Below, piece after piece: positions 13,701-34,255 of a stretch of DNA of 64,000 nucleotides. How positions within the stretch are numbered: position 1 is the stretch's first letter; each line of letters starts with the position of its first letter. Position numbers and translations under genes: made by a program. The stretch lies in contig CM119271.1 in assembly GCA_051294375.1 (NCBI GenBank), forward strand, positions 4,607,353-4,671,352. Direction: 5' to 3'. The DNA is from Paraspadella gotoi. Its lineage: Eukaryota; Animalia; Chaetognatha. Below the pieces are notes generated by a model. That model ran no database searches, had not been told where the DNA came from, and saw only the letters and a program-made list of their open reading frames with translations.

Positions 13701-16700
13701 TATCGAGACCGAGAGACAGAGAACCCGCCAGAAACTCTGCGAGCGAGCCTGCCCAAGGAAATGGGTACAAATTAAGGTAAAAAAATAGATGTAGAATTCC
13801 AACACCACATCGAGACAAACCGAGAAGACTGTTAAGCGCGACAACGAGATAACTTGTTCTTACCCATATCATCCCACTGCATCGAACGGCGCGCACGAGC
13901 ATAATTTAGTATCCTCACTCCTCTGACCACAATAACCATCATTTTGACATCAGACCCATAGCACCATCACGCTTACCTGTGCCATCCCGCTGGTTCGCTC
14001 GGTTCCACTTCGACGGCCCTCCGACTCTTCCTCTTCCTCTTGCCTCCTCGACGAGCAGTTCTTACCCAGTCACACTCTATTTTCCGATCGCACAATTTTT
14101 ATATATACCCCTCATCACCATTCTTTACGCCGCCTAACCGGTGACTTTTCTGCACATACCCTGCCGTGAACACAATACTGGCCACATCTCCAGCTGTCCA
14201 ATGGCGCGTCTTATTTTTGTAAGCGGCGGCTGAGCCACGCTCGATAGTGTCACTTATCTGACCAACTAGAGTATGGATACTTTCCCGTAACGTGAGTCGT
14301 CTGAGATAGGTATGGGCACGAATACGCCAGTTGTCGCGCGATCTACCCCGCCAGATAACGGATGGGATGCGCTTAGCAGCCAGGGCTCCTTGCAGAGACT
14401 CGTGGTCTCGGCTGGCTTTATCACTACTGTTTGAGAGATATATCTCGGTTCTCATGCGTTGAGAATCAGAGATGGAGATTGCATCGCCATCAGGTGTAAG
14501 TGAATTAGTCGCATTTTGGAGGAGACAGTATCGTCTTCTCCGAGTGATGTAAAGCGTACAGAGAGCAGCGCGAGCTGAGAAGGAGGAGGATACGGAGCTA
14601 AGACGATCGGCAGCAGCATGACGTTTGGCCGAAATGTGCTGAGTGAGAGGGAGCGAGGAGTCCGACGTGGTGTGAGGAGGGAGAGGAACCGGGTCAGAGC
14701 GGAGGAGTTTGGGACGGTTGGGAGAGGCGATACATATACTCCATGTGCTTATGACGCGTTGTCGTGTGAGAGATCATAGTGAAACACAACAAGATGAGAT
14801 TGTGTGTGGCGAGTGTTGTCGTGCTGACAGAGAGAATATTCTATTGAGTTATATAAATATCACTTCTTTATGTATTTGCCTGTGTTTATTATAGAGGTGT
14901 CTAGATAGATTATTTTGTGTTCGCAAAGTGAATAAGTCATCCTCCCTCAAATTATTTTCCTTTCAAATATTTTAATTGAAGCTTGCGGGTACATCTTCAT
15001 TCAGCATTCTAATGTTGTTCTCGTTAATTTTGGAAGATCGAGTAAAATGACAGGGAGCGCAGTTAAATGTTTTTAGGTTTGTTTGCTAATAAAATTACAC
15101 AGCGGTCGATTTGAGAGAAGAATTTCGTAAAGGAGGATATTTGTGGAGAAACGACGGTCAAGTTGTACGTATATGAAAATAGTAGGTGCCGTGGGGGGAG
15201 CAAAGCCTTTAGAGTTCACTAATAGGCCAAGAGATAAGGATATGCCTTAGAGTCTTCTATGATGAGATTAATTTTTGTTGGAGTTTACGTTTTATAATTG
15301 TGTCAGTATCTCTTACTAGTGTGACGGCGACTAGAATTAATTTTCTAGTTTATGCTCTAGGGGGGGGGGGGCAGTTTTTACGCGTTATGCGGTGGGCTGT
15401 AATGAGAGCTTGTTTGTCTTGTGTTAATATATAGAGAAATGTCAGAGGTGTGTGTCATTTAGGGTTAAGAGAGAGAGGTTTTATGAGGCAGATAATATCT
15501 AGAGTCAATTTTTAAGGAAAGATTATTGTAATACCATTAGTACAAAACTTAAATTAAGATCATTCTTTTATTATATATATGTCCATAAAATTAAAAGATT
15601 GTTTTTATATTGTAAATACATTTTAAAATATTTGTTGAATGATAGTATTGTTTGTAATAGTTCCGAAAAATTATGCAAACACAAAAGTGACGGAACCGCC
15701 GGTGCCCTAAAACCTCCGTCGATTATAGGTAAGGTTGATCGGTAACTCATGGATCCAGGGCGTACGTAAAATGATTATACTATATTTGGGATGTTTGCTC
15801 ACTAGTGACCGTTAATACATTATTTTTTACGTTAATTTGTGTAATAATATTAGTAGGATTATATGTATATATGGAAAATATTTTGTAGTGATTTAAATGG
15901 AGTGATTCTGTTACACTAAGTAAATTATGAGAAATCAGATTAGTTTATGGTGATAAGCAGATGATCGAAAATTGTGAATATGATCTTTAAATTTGTAGAA
16001 GTTAGTTAAGGTCTCTTCTTCAAAAAGTAGCATTTTTAGAAAAATAATAAGTGCTGGGTGGTTGTGTTGCTGTGTTAAGTATCAGTCCATCATATATTAT
16101 TCCAGCGCTCGCACTTTATATATTCCCTTATTTTCTTTTTTTTTGAAACACCTATGATTATAAAAACGTGTCTCTTTTTTAATTTTTTTACCATATTTGC
16201 CCTACATCCTCCTTTTATAATGATTAAACCTTTTTTCTTGTTGTTTGTGTATCAAAAAGGATTCTCGTGAAAATAAGCAAATTTAAAAATCAGACTGGAG
16301 GCACGAGAGATAGAGAGCAAGAGAGCAGAAAGTTCCCCGCCCATGATGGCTAGCCGCCCTCATGCCTTATTTCATGCTCTTTCTCTCGTCATGCTCTCTC
16401 CCAGCTCCCTCCTCAGAATCCTGATCAAACGCATCGGCCTTGTGTTAGGTAGTTGAGGCGGGCTGAACATGTCCGCCAATTCAGTTCGTCGTCTTCTAGC
16501 TCCGCGGTCGAGATGGTACATTCGCAGCGAGGCCAAGACGGGACCGATACGAATGAAAGGGTGGATTGGCGTCGTTGACACTTCCCGGATCGAACGAGGC
16601 GCCTAGGATTTTGGCACGTGACCCGGAGAGGTAAGTTTTTTTATAAATGCCTCGCGGAGTAAGTGAGGGCGCTGAATAAACTTACATCCGAGCGTGTGCG

Positions 16701-18470
16701 TAGACCAAGACTGGCGAATCCTTCGTTCAGCCAAGCGTCCGGTCCCCACCAGCAGCATGCCAATCCGGGCTGACAGATTTACCGAACCACATGTGAGAGC
16801 AGCACCTGCTCGAAGAAAGAAAAAATAATTATCAGTTTGTTATGATTTTATCTATATTATTTGTTTCGTATTTAGTTTTTTAATTTATTTTTATTAATAT
16901 TTTATTTTATTTAACTTATTTTAATTAATTGTTTTGTTTTATATTATTTATGCTTTAATTTAATTATTTAATATTAAATTTATTTAGGGGACAACTTAAT
17001 TCTTCACAGATGGNNNNNNNNNNNNNNNNNNNNNNNNNGAACGATTTTTAAGAGAATTCTACTTTTTATTTTTAATGCTTTTATTTTATTATTTTCTTAT
17101 TCTCTTCTTCTGTTTTTCACCCTCAACCCAGGGAACTCCCGGATCCTCTCTTGACCTTTGAACTCTACGACGAATTTGTCTCCATCGCCGACTTCTTCCT
17201 CAACGACCTCGAAGTCGGGGACCAAACCTTTGACGTCGCCGAGGCCTCCAGAGTCGACATCGCCGCCGAGACCGCCAATGCGACCGCCAATGCGACCGAC
17301 GATTCCACCCCCATCGAAAACTCCAACGTAACAACCGAACTTTCCCAATCAACCAACGACGGCCACAAAAAGACCACACCTGACCACGACTCAAACACCA
17401 CGCTCAAAAAAGAGAGAGATTATTTATGAATGATTTCAATACAAATAATTTTTTATGCGACTTTCATCTACTTCTAGTCTTTAAACAATATTTACTTCTA
17501 TCGTTTACAACAAAAATAAACTTTCAAAGAACGATTTTTAAGAGAATTCTACTTTTATTTTTAATGCTTTTATTTTATTATTTTCTTATTCTCTTCTTCT
17601 GTTTTTCACACCCTAACCCAGGGAACTCCGGAATCCTCTCTTGACCTTGAAACTCTACGAACGAATTTGTCCCTCGCCGACTTCTTCCTCAACGACTCTC
17701 GAAGTCGGCGACCAAACCTTTGAGGTCGCCGAGGCCTCCAGAGTGCACATCGCCGCCGAGAACCGGCCAATGCGACCGACGATTCCACCCATGAAAACTC
17801 CAACGTAACAACCGAACTTTCCAATAATACTCAACGACGGCCACAAAAAGACCACACCTGACACAACTCAAACACCACTCTCTCTTCCACCCTTCGACGG
17901 CCCTCGACTTCTTCCTCTCTCCGCTTGCTACCCAGTCACCTTTCCGCCCCCACCTCCCCCGACACCTCTCCCTCTTCGCCGCATCCTCCTTCCGCCTCCC
18001 ANNNNNNNNNNNNNNNNNNNNNNNNNCCGCCGGACAATCTGGCCAATCTCCGCTACCTGGCGGCTTTTTTGGCGCGGCTGACGCGCCACGCCCACGCCAA
18101 CATGATGACCCCGTACAACGTGAGCGTCGTTATGGGCACCAACCTGTTGCGTCACCCGACGGAGGAAGCTACGACCCTGCGCGACGTGCGGCGGATCAAC
18201 AAACTCGTGGAAACGCTCGTCGCGCGGACGGAGGAGTTGCTGCCGGGAGCGGAATTCGCGCCGGAGAAGCTGCTGCAGCCGCGGCGGAGGAGAGGATCCA
18301 GCAGCAGCATGCCGGATTTGGCCGGGGCTGGGGAAGGCGTGGTTGTCGACGGGGAGGGGAGGTCGGGTCAGAGCGGATTGGCGAAAGAGAGAGGCTTTCA
18401 TTCCATGAGACGATTGTCGGTGGAGAAGGAAGTGAAGATCAAAAAATGGTTTTCGCAGAGGTTCGCGTGA
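10786..18470 (+). CDS. BAR + RhoGAP protein, ARHGAP17/ARHGAP44/SH3BP1 family; exons ~10786-11032, 11661-11852, 12038-12165, garbled middle, 17132-~17405, ~18027-18470
   Basis: Phase-consistent GT-AG exons; DDLAATLMEFLGKE resembles the BAR C-terminus of ARHGAP17 (DQLAADMYNFMAKE); RELPDPLLTFELYDEF and PPDNLANLRYLAAFLARLTRHAHANMMTPYNVSVVMGTNLL are RhoGAP-domain segments. Middle exons fall in low-quality sequence. Confidence 0.75.
11072..11542. mobile_element. MITE, family A, with ~150-bp TIRs, in RhoGAP intron 1
   Basis: TATGAAATTGGTACAAC...TGCAAGCTT is inverted at AAGCTTGCAGGGACC...GTTGTACCAATTTCATA; half copy at 37851-38111 and end fragments near 26308, 51990 and 58251. Confidence 0.85.
12400..17033. 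other. Low-quality long-read gap fill (noisy copies of neighbouring sequence)
   Basis: ~14920-16330 is an insertion-riddled copy of ~18540-19410; ~16340-17030 is a noisy reverse complement of ~23400-23960; the block ends in a 25-N gap. Confidence 0.8.
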
Positions 18471-20439
18471 AAGATGAAAACTATAAACTAATAAATTACA
18501 CTTTTGTCTTTAGCGTTTTAAAAAAAGTGTCATAAAACTTTGGTCAGAGTGATAACTAATCCCCCACTCTTCCTTTCCAAAATTTAATTAAAGCTTCGGG
18601 TAAACATCTTCATTAGCTTCTAATTTGTTCTCGTTAATTTTGGAAGTCGAGTAAATGACAGGGAGCGGCGTTAACGTTTTTAGTTTGTTTGTATAAAATT
18701 ACAAGGGTATTTTCGCAGAGAAAATTTTGGATTTTGGAGGGGAAGTTAAAGAAATAGTAGGGGGGGCAAAAGCTTAGACTAATGCCTAGAAATGCTTGTC
18801 TTGATTGATTATTTTAGTTTTAGTTTACTTTTTTTTTATTGTCAGTTCTTTACAGAATAATAATTTAAATTTTTCTAGTTACCGCTGTAGAGACTTAATT
18901 TCTTTTTATAAGAAAAAATCAAGATGTTCATAAGGTTACATGTTTACAAAGTCATCTATCAAATTTTAAAAGATTATTGTACATTGTACAAAAACTTAAA
19001 TTAAGTCACCAAAAGCCTTAAAATTCAAACAGAATATGCATTTTAGTGTAGTTAAGGTAAGGAAATTATGCCCGTGCTACTCGTCGAAATTATAGTGTTG
19101 TCGGTATCATGACACAAGTCGAATAATTCATAAAACATTTTGAGTTATAGATTGACGTTATAAATTAATTAATAAATTATTATTAATATTAGTATTATTA
19201 ATTGATTAATAAATTATAAATCATAAAATCAAAATTTAAAATTTAAATTTGAAGTTATAAGCTTTCAAAGTACATTTTTAGAAATAATAAGTGCTCCCGC
19301 ACTTTATATTTTTTTTTTACCATTTCCGTTTTTACTTTTTTCTTTTGTTTGAAAAGATCGAAAATAACATTAAAATCAGAGGGAGACCGAGAGATAGAGA
19401 GAAGAGAAAAAGTCTGGAAAATTTAATCCTGAGAGTTTGATATCTGATTGGGATCCAGTTTCGGCTTGATGAAAAAATAACTCATGAGTCGCCGGGCGAG
19501 TCTGATTGATGATGGATGGCGAAAAACGATCCATTTATAAGACACATAAATGTTAAGCGTTGATTAAATCGGTTCTGATAATAAATGTAAAAAAAATGAT
19601 TTTTTTTAAGTACAAAGAAAGATTTTTAAAAAAGGCCCAAACGTCGCACCCAAGCCCAAAAACAAAATCCATTTCAAAAAAAGGAGACGGGGGGGGGGAA
19701 AAATGAGAAAAATTTAAAACAAAAAAATAGAAAAAAAAGATAAGAAAAAGAATTGAGAAAAATCATTATGTTAAAAAATATTATTTTCTCCTTCGCACTC
19801 ACATCTCTCATCATATGTACTCGACGACTAGACGAAGTTTGTTTTTCCAATTAAATTCACGAAATTTTTACTCGGGGAAAACGTAAAATTCTCCGCTGGG
19901 ATTTTCGACTTACGACGGGATGTAAAATCGGAATAATGTTGGGGTCGTTACGATCGAGAGCTCTATGAAGTAAATAAACAACCGATTGAGATGGTGGTTC
20001 GATGGGTTTGGTGAACGTCGTTAACGATGGTCTATAGTAGATAGATCGAGTTACATTTTTTTTTTTAACTTTTTGCTTTATTTTCGCGAGTCATGAATTT
20101 GTATACGTCATAATTTAAACAATTTTAGTTAAGACAAAAAAATAATAATTATTTACAATTTCAAGCCGCAATAATAAATTCCTTTTTTTTTTTTTTTAAT
20201 TTTTATAATATCCAAACGGGCTTGATTTCATAATCAAAGCCACCCGAACTGGGCATCCGATCCTTTTGATCTTTGGATCTCGACTTCCGATGATGATTTT
20301 ATTCTTCGTTCAACTTTTAATCTTTTTTTAACCCAAAATGCATTAAACTCGTCTGCTCATCGCCTATCAGCTCCTTTCGAATGTTCCCATCAATCAATCA
20401 ATCAATTCTCATTAATGAATAAATCAAACGATTCAAACG

Positions 20440-28229
<7,790 letters not shown>

Positions 28230-28842
28230 TGCGGTTTTTTTTTTCTCTTGTGTAAAACTTGTCGTTGAAGCATCGTTGTTCTTTTTTTTTTATTTGTTTT
28301 TATTACGCGTAATAAACTTTTGGATGTATGTTATATGTATTGTAATATTTTGTATTTGTACTTTCTATTATGTTAAAATGTATTTTTTGTAATGTTAAAA
28401 TTCCTTTTCGACCGAATGTGCTAGAAAATTGTCGTAAAAATGTTGAATGTCGTCGTCGTCGTCGTCATCGTTGTCGTCGTCGTGGTCGTCTCCCGGGAGA
28501 AATCGTCTCCTCGCCGAAAATAGACAACAGAAAACGAAGTCGTCTCCGATTTTACGTTTTTTTTCGGTTTTTACGAACGAAACAATTAGACTCGCTTCGT
28601 TTGGAGAGAGGAGACGACGAGAGAGAGAGACAGGACGCAGGAAGCGAGACAGACGAGCCGATTGGATGACTGACTGAGAGAGAGAGAGGAGAAGGGGAGG
28701 AGAGGAGAGAAGAGAGAGAGAGAGAGAGACACAGAGAAAACACGCACGACTTTTTTTCTTGTTTTTTTATTCCTTCTTTCCCTTATTGCCGTCTCTCCTT
28801 TCGACTTTACGACGTGGAACACCGAAAAAAAGGAAATTCTCT

Positions 28843-28882
<40 letters not shown>

Positions 28883-29171
28883 CCCTCCTCCCCCCACACA
28901 CTTTGAACTTGTCACCCTTCCACCCTACCGCCCTAGGGAAATACCGCCAGGCGCCACGTGAACGATTGGAATCCCGAGGCTGAAAGTCTCGGCGAAGTCT
29001 GTCTGAGACGTTAGAGTACAGAATGTCACCAAATCGGTACGTTTGTTTGTTTCCGTCTGTTGTTTGTTTCAGAAATAAAAATGGGCGAATATTTGACGAA
29101 CGATGAAGACGGGGAACGAAAACAGTTTAACCATACTCTCTAAAATTTTCGCAATTTGTAGTCGAGCATTT

Positions 29172-29818
29172 GCAATATGTTCAGTAGAGTGATGTGAAAA
29201 TGATAAAATTTTAGAAAATTAAAATTTTAGCATATAAAACATGAACATAAAAACCATTAAAATACTTTGGTTATTTTTTAATTTTATACATTAGTGAGCA
29301 TCAGTGAGCTATATTTATATTTAGTAATAAGTATATAATAGGCTAAAATTTTAAAATGCAAATTTTAAAATTTTAAGATCGGATTTGGATTCCTTGCAAA
29401 AAGTTGATAAAAGAAAGTATAATTCTTTTTTTTAAAAATTATTTTATTAAGTTAGTCAAAAATGTAAAAAACTATATTTTAAGACACCGATTTTCAATTT
29501 CCAGCTTAAAAATATAGTTTTTGTAATTTTAACCTTTTTAAGGACATAATTGTTGAAAAAGATTTATATTTTCTTTTATCAACTTTTAACGAGGAATCTG
29601 AATCTGTTTCTCAGATAAAAAAAAAAAAACTTTTGAAATTTTGAGCATTATATAAGGCTTAAGTACTATATACAAAAAAAAGCTGACTGCGGGCTACTAC
29701 ATTTTGTAAAAAAAGAAAAAAACTTCAGATTAGTATCACTAAATATGATAGTTTTCAAGATTATAATGCTAAATTTCAATTCCAAACTTTCACTTCACCC
29801 TAATGTTCAGCATGTAAC
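29172..29818. mobile_element. Degenerate foldback/MITE, ~640 bp
   Basis: Nested inverted matches: GTGATGTGAAA..AATTTTAGCATATA vs TATAATGCTAAATTT..TTTCACTTCAC, and GATTTGGATTCCTTGCAAAAAGTTGATAAAAGAAA vs TTTCTTTTATCAACTTTTAACGAGGAATCTGAATC. Confidence 0.65.
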
Positions 29819-30742
29819 CTTCAGTCGTGACCGGATGGCTCATTGAGAAAAGCCATCAGGTATCGGGATCGATCCCTCAATGCTTCCTACCCCGCGGGAA
29901 GCGTGAGGACTGCCGTAAACCGTCTTGGGGGCCTGGAAAACCCTCTAGCCTGGTTCCAAGCCCAGGACCCGTTCCATTGCTGCCCAGGGGGCACAGAAGA
30001 TTCGGATAGAGTAGTCTTCAGACAACTTAGCGCCTTATCCACAAGTTTTCCCTTAATCTCTCTTATTTCTTTCCATCTACTTTGTTTTATTGTTCTCAAT
30101 TCCTTACCTTTACCAATTTTCTTTCTCCCCCTCCTTCTCCCTTCTCCCCTCGCCCTCATTTCTGTGAAAAAGTTTTCCCCTTCACGTTTTCTTCTTTTTT
30201 CCCCGTCGACCAAAAAGAAAAAAAAAAGAAGAAAAAATTCAGGAATTATTTTCATTCCTTTTTTTTTTCTCTCGTTTGAACTTCGCAAAAGAAAATGAAA
30301 TTTTTTTCCGAGATTTATGGAGGTCGGAGCGAGCGCCGGCTGGAGTCTCGTATTCGGCGTTGGAATCGGCGGTACCGCCAGCGGCGACGGAAGCGGCGGG
30401 TGTGACAGTAAGGACGGCGGCGGCCCGGCTACTTTTTGGTGATAGAAGTCAAAATAATTTGAATGTTTTTTACCACGAAAAAATGAGCCTATGAATTTTT
30501 TTTTTTGGTAGTTAGTACAGTTAGTAAGTGGTTTTTGGTCGTTAGTACATAAGAAAAAACTGAAGACCGCAGAGCTACAAGTGTCCCGAATCGGCAAACT
30601 ATGCCTTCCGCCTACAAAGTAGTCTTTCAGCCAACCCGCGTTGACTGTCGGGAAAATCGTGACAAAATCTTTCTTATGATCGAAATAAAATGAATGGATG
30701 GTTAACGTCGGCCGTTTAGTGATGGCAGCAATGATGTCTGCT

Positions 30743-30785
<43 letters not shown>

Positions 30786-32370
30786 AGGCGGAGGCGGCGC
30801 CAAGCCCACCTCAGCGACATGCAGCCTCGGTCTTAAATTCCATGGTCTGAATTGTTGATAATTGGCTTCATTGAGAATTAAATTTTCTTTTTTAATTTTT
30901 AAACATCGATTTTATTCGGTTTATATATATGTATTTTATTGCCCCCCCCCCCGAGACATCGGGCCTCTCGGCTACCTCTAACACCCTTTAATACCTTTAA
31001 TCTCCAACACACTGTAACACTCTAAAACACGCTCCAACACCCCCCCTCCGCTTTCGCCTTCGCGACGACTTCTGCTCTTCAAATATTTACTCGAGTCAAG
31101 ATTTTCCGACGGGGAAAAAATGCAAGGTTTTCTTTTTCTTTCCTTCTTTTTTGTGAAGAAGATTGACTTTGCAAAGGGAAACACTACGACGCCATTATTT
31201 CTTACATTCTTCACGAGGTTTTTTTCGAAGGTTGGTAGTTTTCGTTGCCAGTTAGTTTGACGGGAGAGCCATTAATCTTTTAGTTTTTGCCGGAGACAGA
31301 GAGAGAGAGAGAGGAGAGAGAGAGAGAACGATGAGAGACGAGAGGGATGAGAGAGAAAAGAGAGAGAGAGAGAGAGAGAGAGAAGAGAGAGAAACAGAGA
31401 TGGAAAGAAACAGAATCATAGACAAACAAAAACCACATAAAAATCGATAAGAGCAAAATTTTATCGTGTTCTCTCACTCTTTTATGAAAACCATCTTCCT
31501 AAAATTTAACACAGTAAAAAAAAACTACCTCTTATTTTCTTCTTCCTCCATTTCTTCACCATTCTCCCCCCCCCCTCTTCATTAATAGTGTTTACTTTCG
31601 TTTTCCTCCAATTTTTTTTGTTTATTTACTTTTTTTTCATAACTTTTTCCCGGATTGTCGGCCCTTTTTCTAACATTACATCGGTTTTATAAGGCTAGTC
31701 CGACCATCAACGCTGAAATATCTTATTTGGCTTATGCTTCCTTGAAGCCAATAGAGGCTGGTTCCAGTCCTAGTCAACAAGGTCTTTGCAAAAGAGTGAC
31801 TGGCCGGTTATGCCACCGGTAGCATCCCTACCGCCGGATCCGAACTTCCGGAAAGAAAGGCTTTTCACAATCGTCAGACGGCATAGGCGATCGGGCGATC
31901 CCCTCTCCCCTCAATTAATCACTTCGGATAATTGAATTGATAAAATCTTTTAGGATTATATTCTCCAATTTTTTTTTTAAATATTTTGTATTTAGTATTC
32001 AAAAAGGGAAAAAAATTCTGCTATGACCTTCCGAGCCACCGGTCTCTCCCGCTTTCTCTTCGTTTTCCGTTTTTAAAAAAATTATCGATTAAACTTTTTC
32101 TATAAAAAAAATAAACTTTCCTGCTCCCCCCCCCCATCCAAACCGCCTCCCTTTCCGTTTTGTTTTTGTGTTTGTTTTTTTTTTCGTTTCGTTTCGTCAT
32201 TCATCATCCAGTTGGACGCGTTTCAACGTTCGCTGTTTCGTCTGACGTCGGCGGCGTCGTTTTTGACGTCTTTTTTTTCGGCGCGATTTTCGGCGTCGTC
32301 GTCGTCGTCTTCGTTGTCCTTGTTAATTTTATCGTTTATAAAGGAAAAAAAGCCTTCGAAAAAAAAAACC

Positions 32371-32677
32371 GGCAATATTTTCCTAAAGCGCACCAATTTT
32401 GTTCCTTAATCTTTAAAATTAATTTTAATCCAAATATTTAAGCTTAATTTTTTATCAATTTATTAACCATAATCACCTTAATACTTAACCCTTAACCTAA
32501 TGCCCGATCCTTAATCAAAATCCTTAATATTACCCCGTAACCTTAAACCCAAATTCTCCACTCTAACAAAACCTATAATCTAATCCTTAACCTTAATACT
32601 AAACCTAAATTTAAATAAAAAAAATTAACTTAATTCAGAATTTAGGAATAAATGAGGCGTTCTTGGTAAATAAGGCC
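32371..32677. mobile_element. MITE-like element, family B
   Basis: GGCAATATTTTCCTAAAGCGCACCAATTT ... AAATGAGGCGTTCTTGGTAAATAAGGCC with internal CCTTAACC/CCTAA motifs. Confidence 0.6.
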
Positions 32678-33580
32678 AAAAGTTCTGTTATTTGACATCT
32701 CGGTTGACGGATGTTTTCGATCGATTGGAAATTGAGCAGAAATTTGACAGAGCAAAAGAACATTTTTTGACGGTCCATCAGTGGTCTCAGTGACAGTTGA
32801 TAAAGCGCCCAGGTTTAGTAGAAATTTTCATTTTAGTTACAGATCATGGCTAATATGTTGTTAATAACTATGCGATATCCATTGGATATGTGCTGTTCTT
32901 AAAAGCCTCTATACTTCAAGTCTATAGATCAACAAAATCCTTTCACATAGCTATACTTTTATCGTAGTAAATTCTTCCTTCTGTCGCGCTACGATACTAT
33001 GGTTAAATAAACCGACCCATGACTTACCATCCTCTTTCTCCGATTCTCTAAGACTTACCCTCGTCTTACCCTCATCGTCCGCAGCGCGAATTCCGTTCAC
33101 GATCCCAACTGAATTTTTTCAACCAAAACCAATTCCCTTCCCTCGACTGCCTTTAATATCTGAGGAGAGGAGGATAGAGGAGGATAGAGGGGAGGATATA
33201 GGGGAGGATAGAGGGAGGAAAGATAGGAGGAAGAAAAAAAAAGGACACTGATACATAGATAGGAAAGATGAAGTGAGAAACAGAGAAAAAAGAAAGAAGG
33301 CTTAGAGAATTAAAATGAAGAAAAAAAATGTAGGGACAACGAGCGAAGCGAAGATGAGTAATCCAATGCAATGCAATGCATGCAATCAGAAAAAGTAAAA
33401 AAAATGCATAGTTCAAAAGTGATATTAAAATTGTATTTTATATGTTGGAAATGAATCAAGGAAAGAAAAAAAAGGAAAGAAGGAGCTAGAAAACGAAGAA
33501 CACAGAGGCCAAGAAAATAAAGGCGTCGAAGGGTGAAAAATTTTTTGAAAAAAAATGGAATGAACCGAAGTTTATGAAAC

Positions 33581-33652
<72 letters not shown>

Positions 33653-34255
33653 CTGTTTCCTAAAATCTCGGCTGAAAAGGCTTTGAAGTTAGAAAAAATG
33701 AAATTACCTCGTCTGAATTTTTCTTATTTTTTAGGGGGGGGGGAGAATTTGGGAGTTTCTCCTGTCGTTTTCGTCTTTGTCGTCTCATTTCAGGTTTTGG
33801 ATGTCTCTCGCTCACTCTCTCGCTCGCGACATGATACAAATAATGTCAAAGCTTGGCTATTATTAATATTTGTCAAGCTAGTATATATGTATTTACCAGG
33901 AATAGGTGAAAAATATAAATACGGAGGCAGAATGAAAATGAACCAAAATTATTACGAAAAAAAAGTCCAGTTATGCCAGAGCCAAAGAAAATCGATTTGA
34001 AAAACGTGTTTCGCGATTCACCTTCTGGTTTGTTTCGTGTTTCACCCTCTGGTTTGTTTCGCCTCTCCGGACTGATTCACTTTGATGAGTACACAGCATC
34101 GATTTTTACGTTGTCGTCGTCGTCGTCGTCGTTGACATTTTTTTTATTCATTCTCAAGTTAACTCAAATTTATGGATTAAATCTGGAAATTATAATAATA
34201 ACGCAATAATGCAACGATAGATCAAACCAATTTACCATCGAAACAAAGATCCAAG

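Noticed and set aside
16372-16810. Second, antisense aminopeptidase gene or pseudogene
   Set aside because: Intron and exon are equally corrupted by indels and lie in the gap-fill block; best explained as a raw read copy.
17478-17880. Tandemly duplicated RhoGAP exon (alternative exon)
   Set aside because: Near-identical to 17059-17405 apart from 1-bp errors and lies between two 25-N gaps; assembly overlap.
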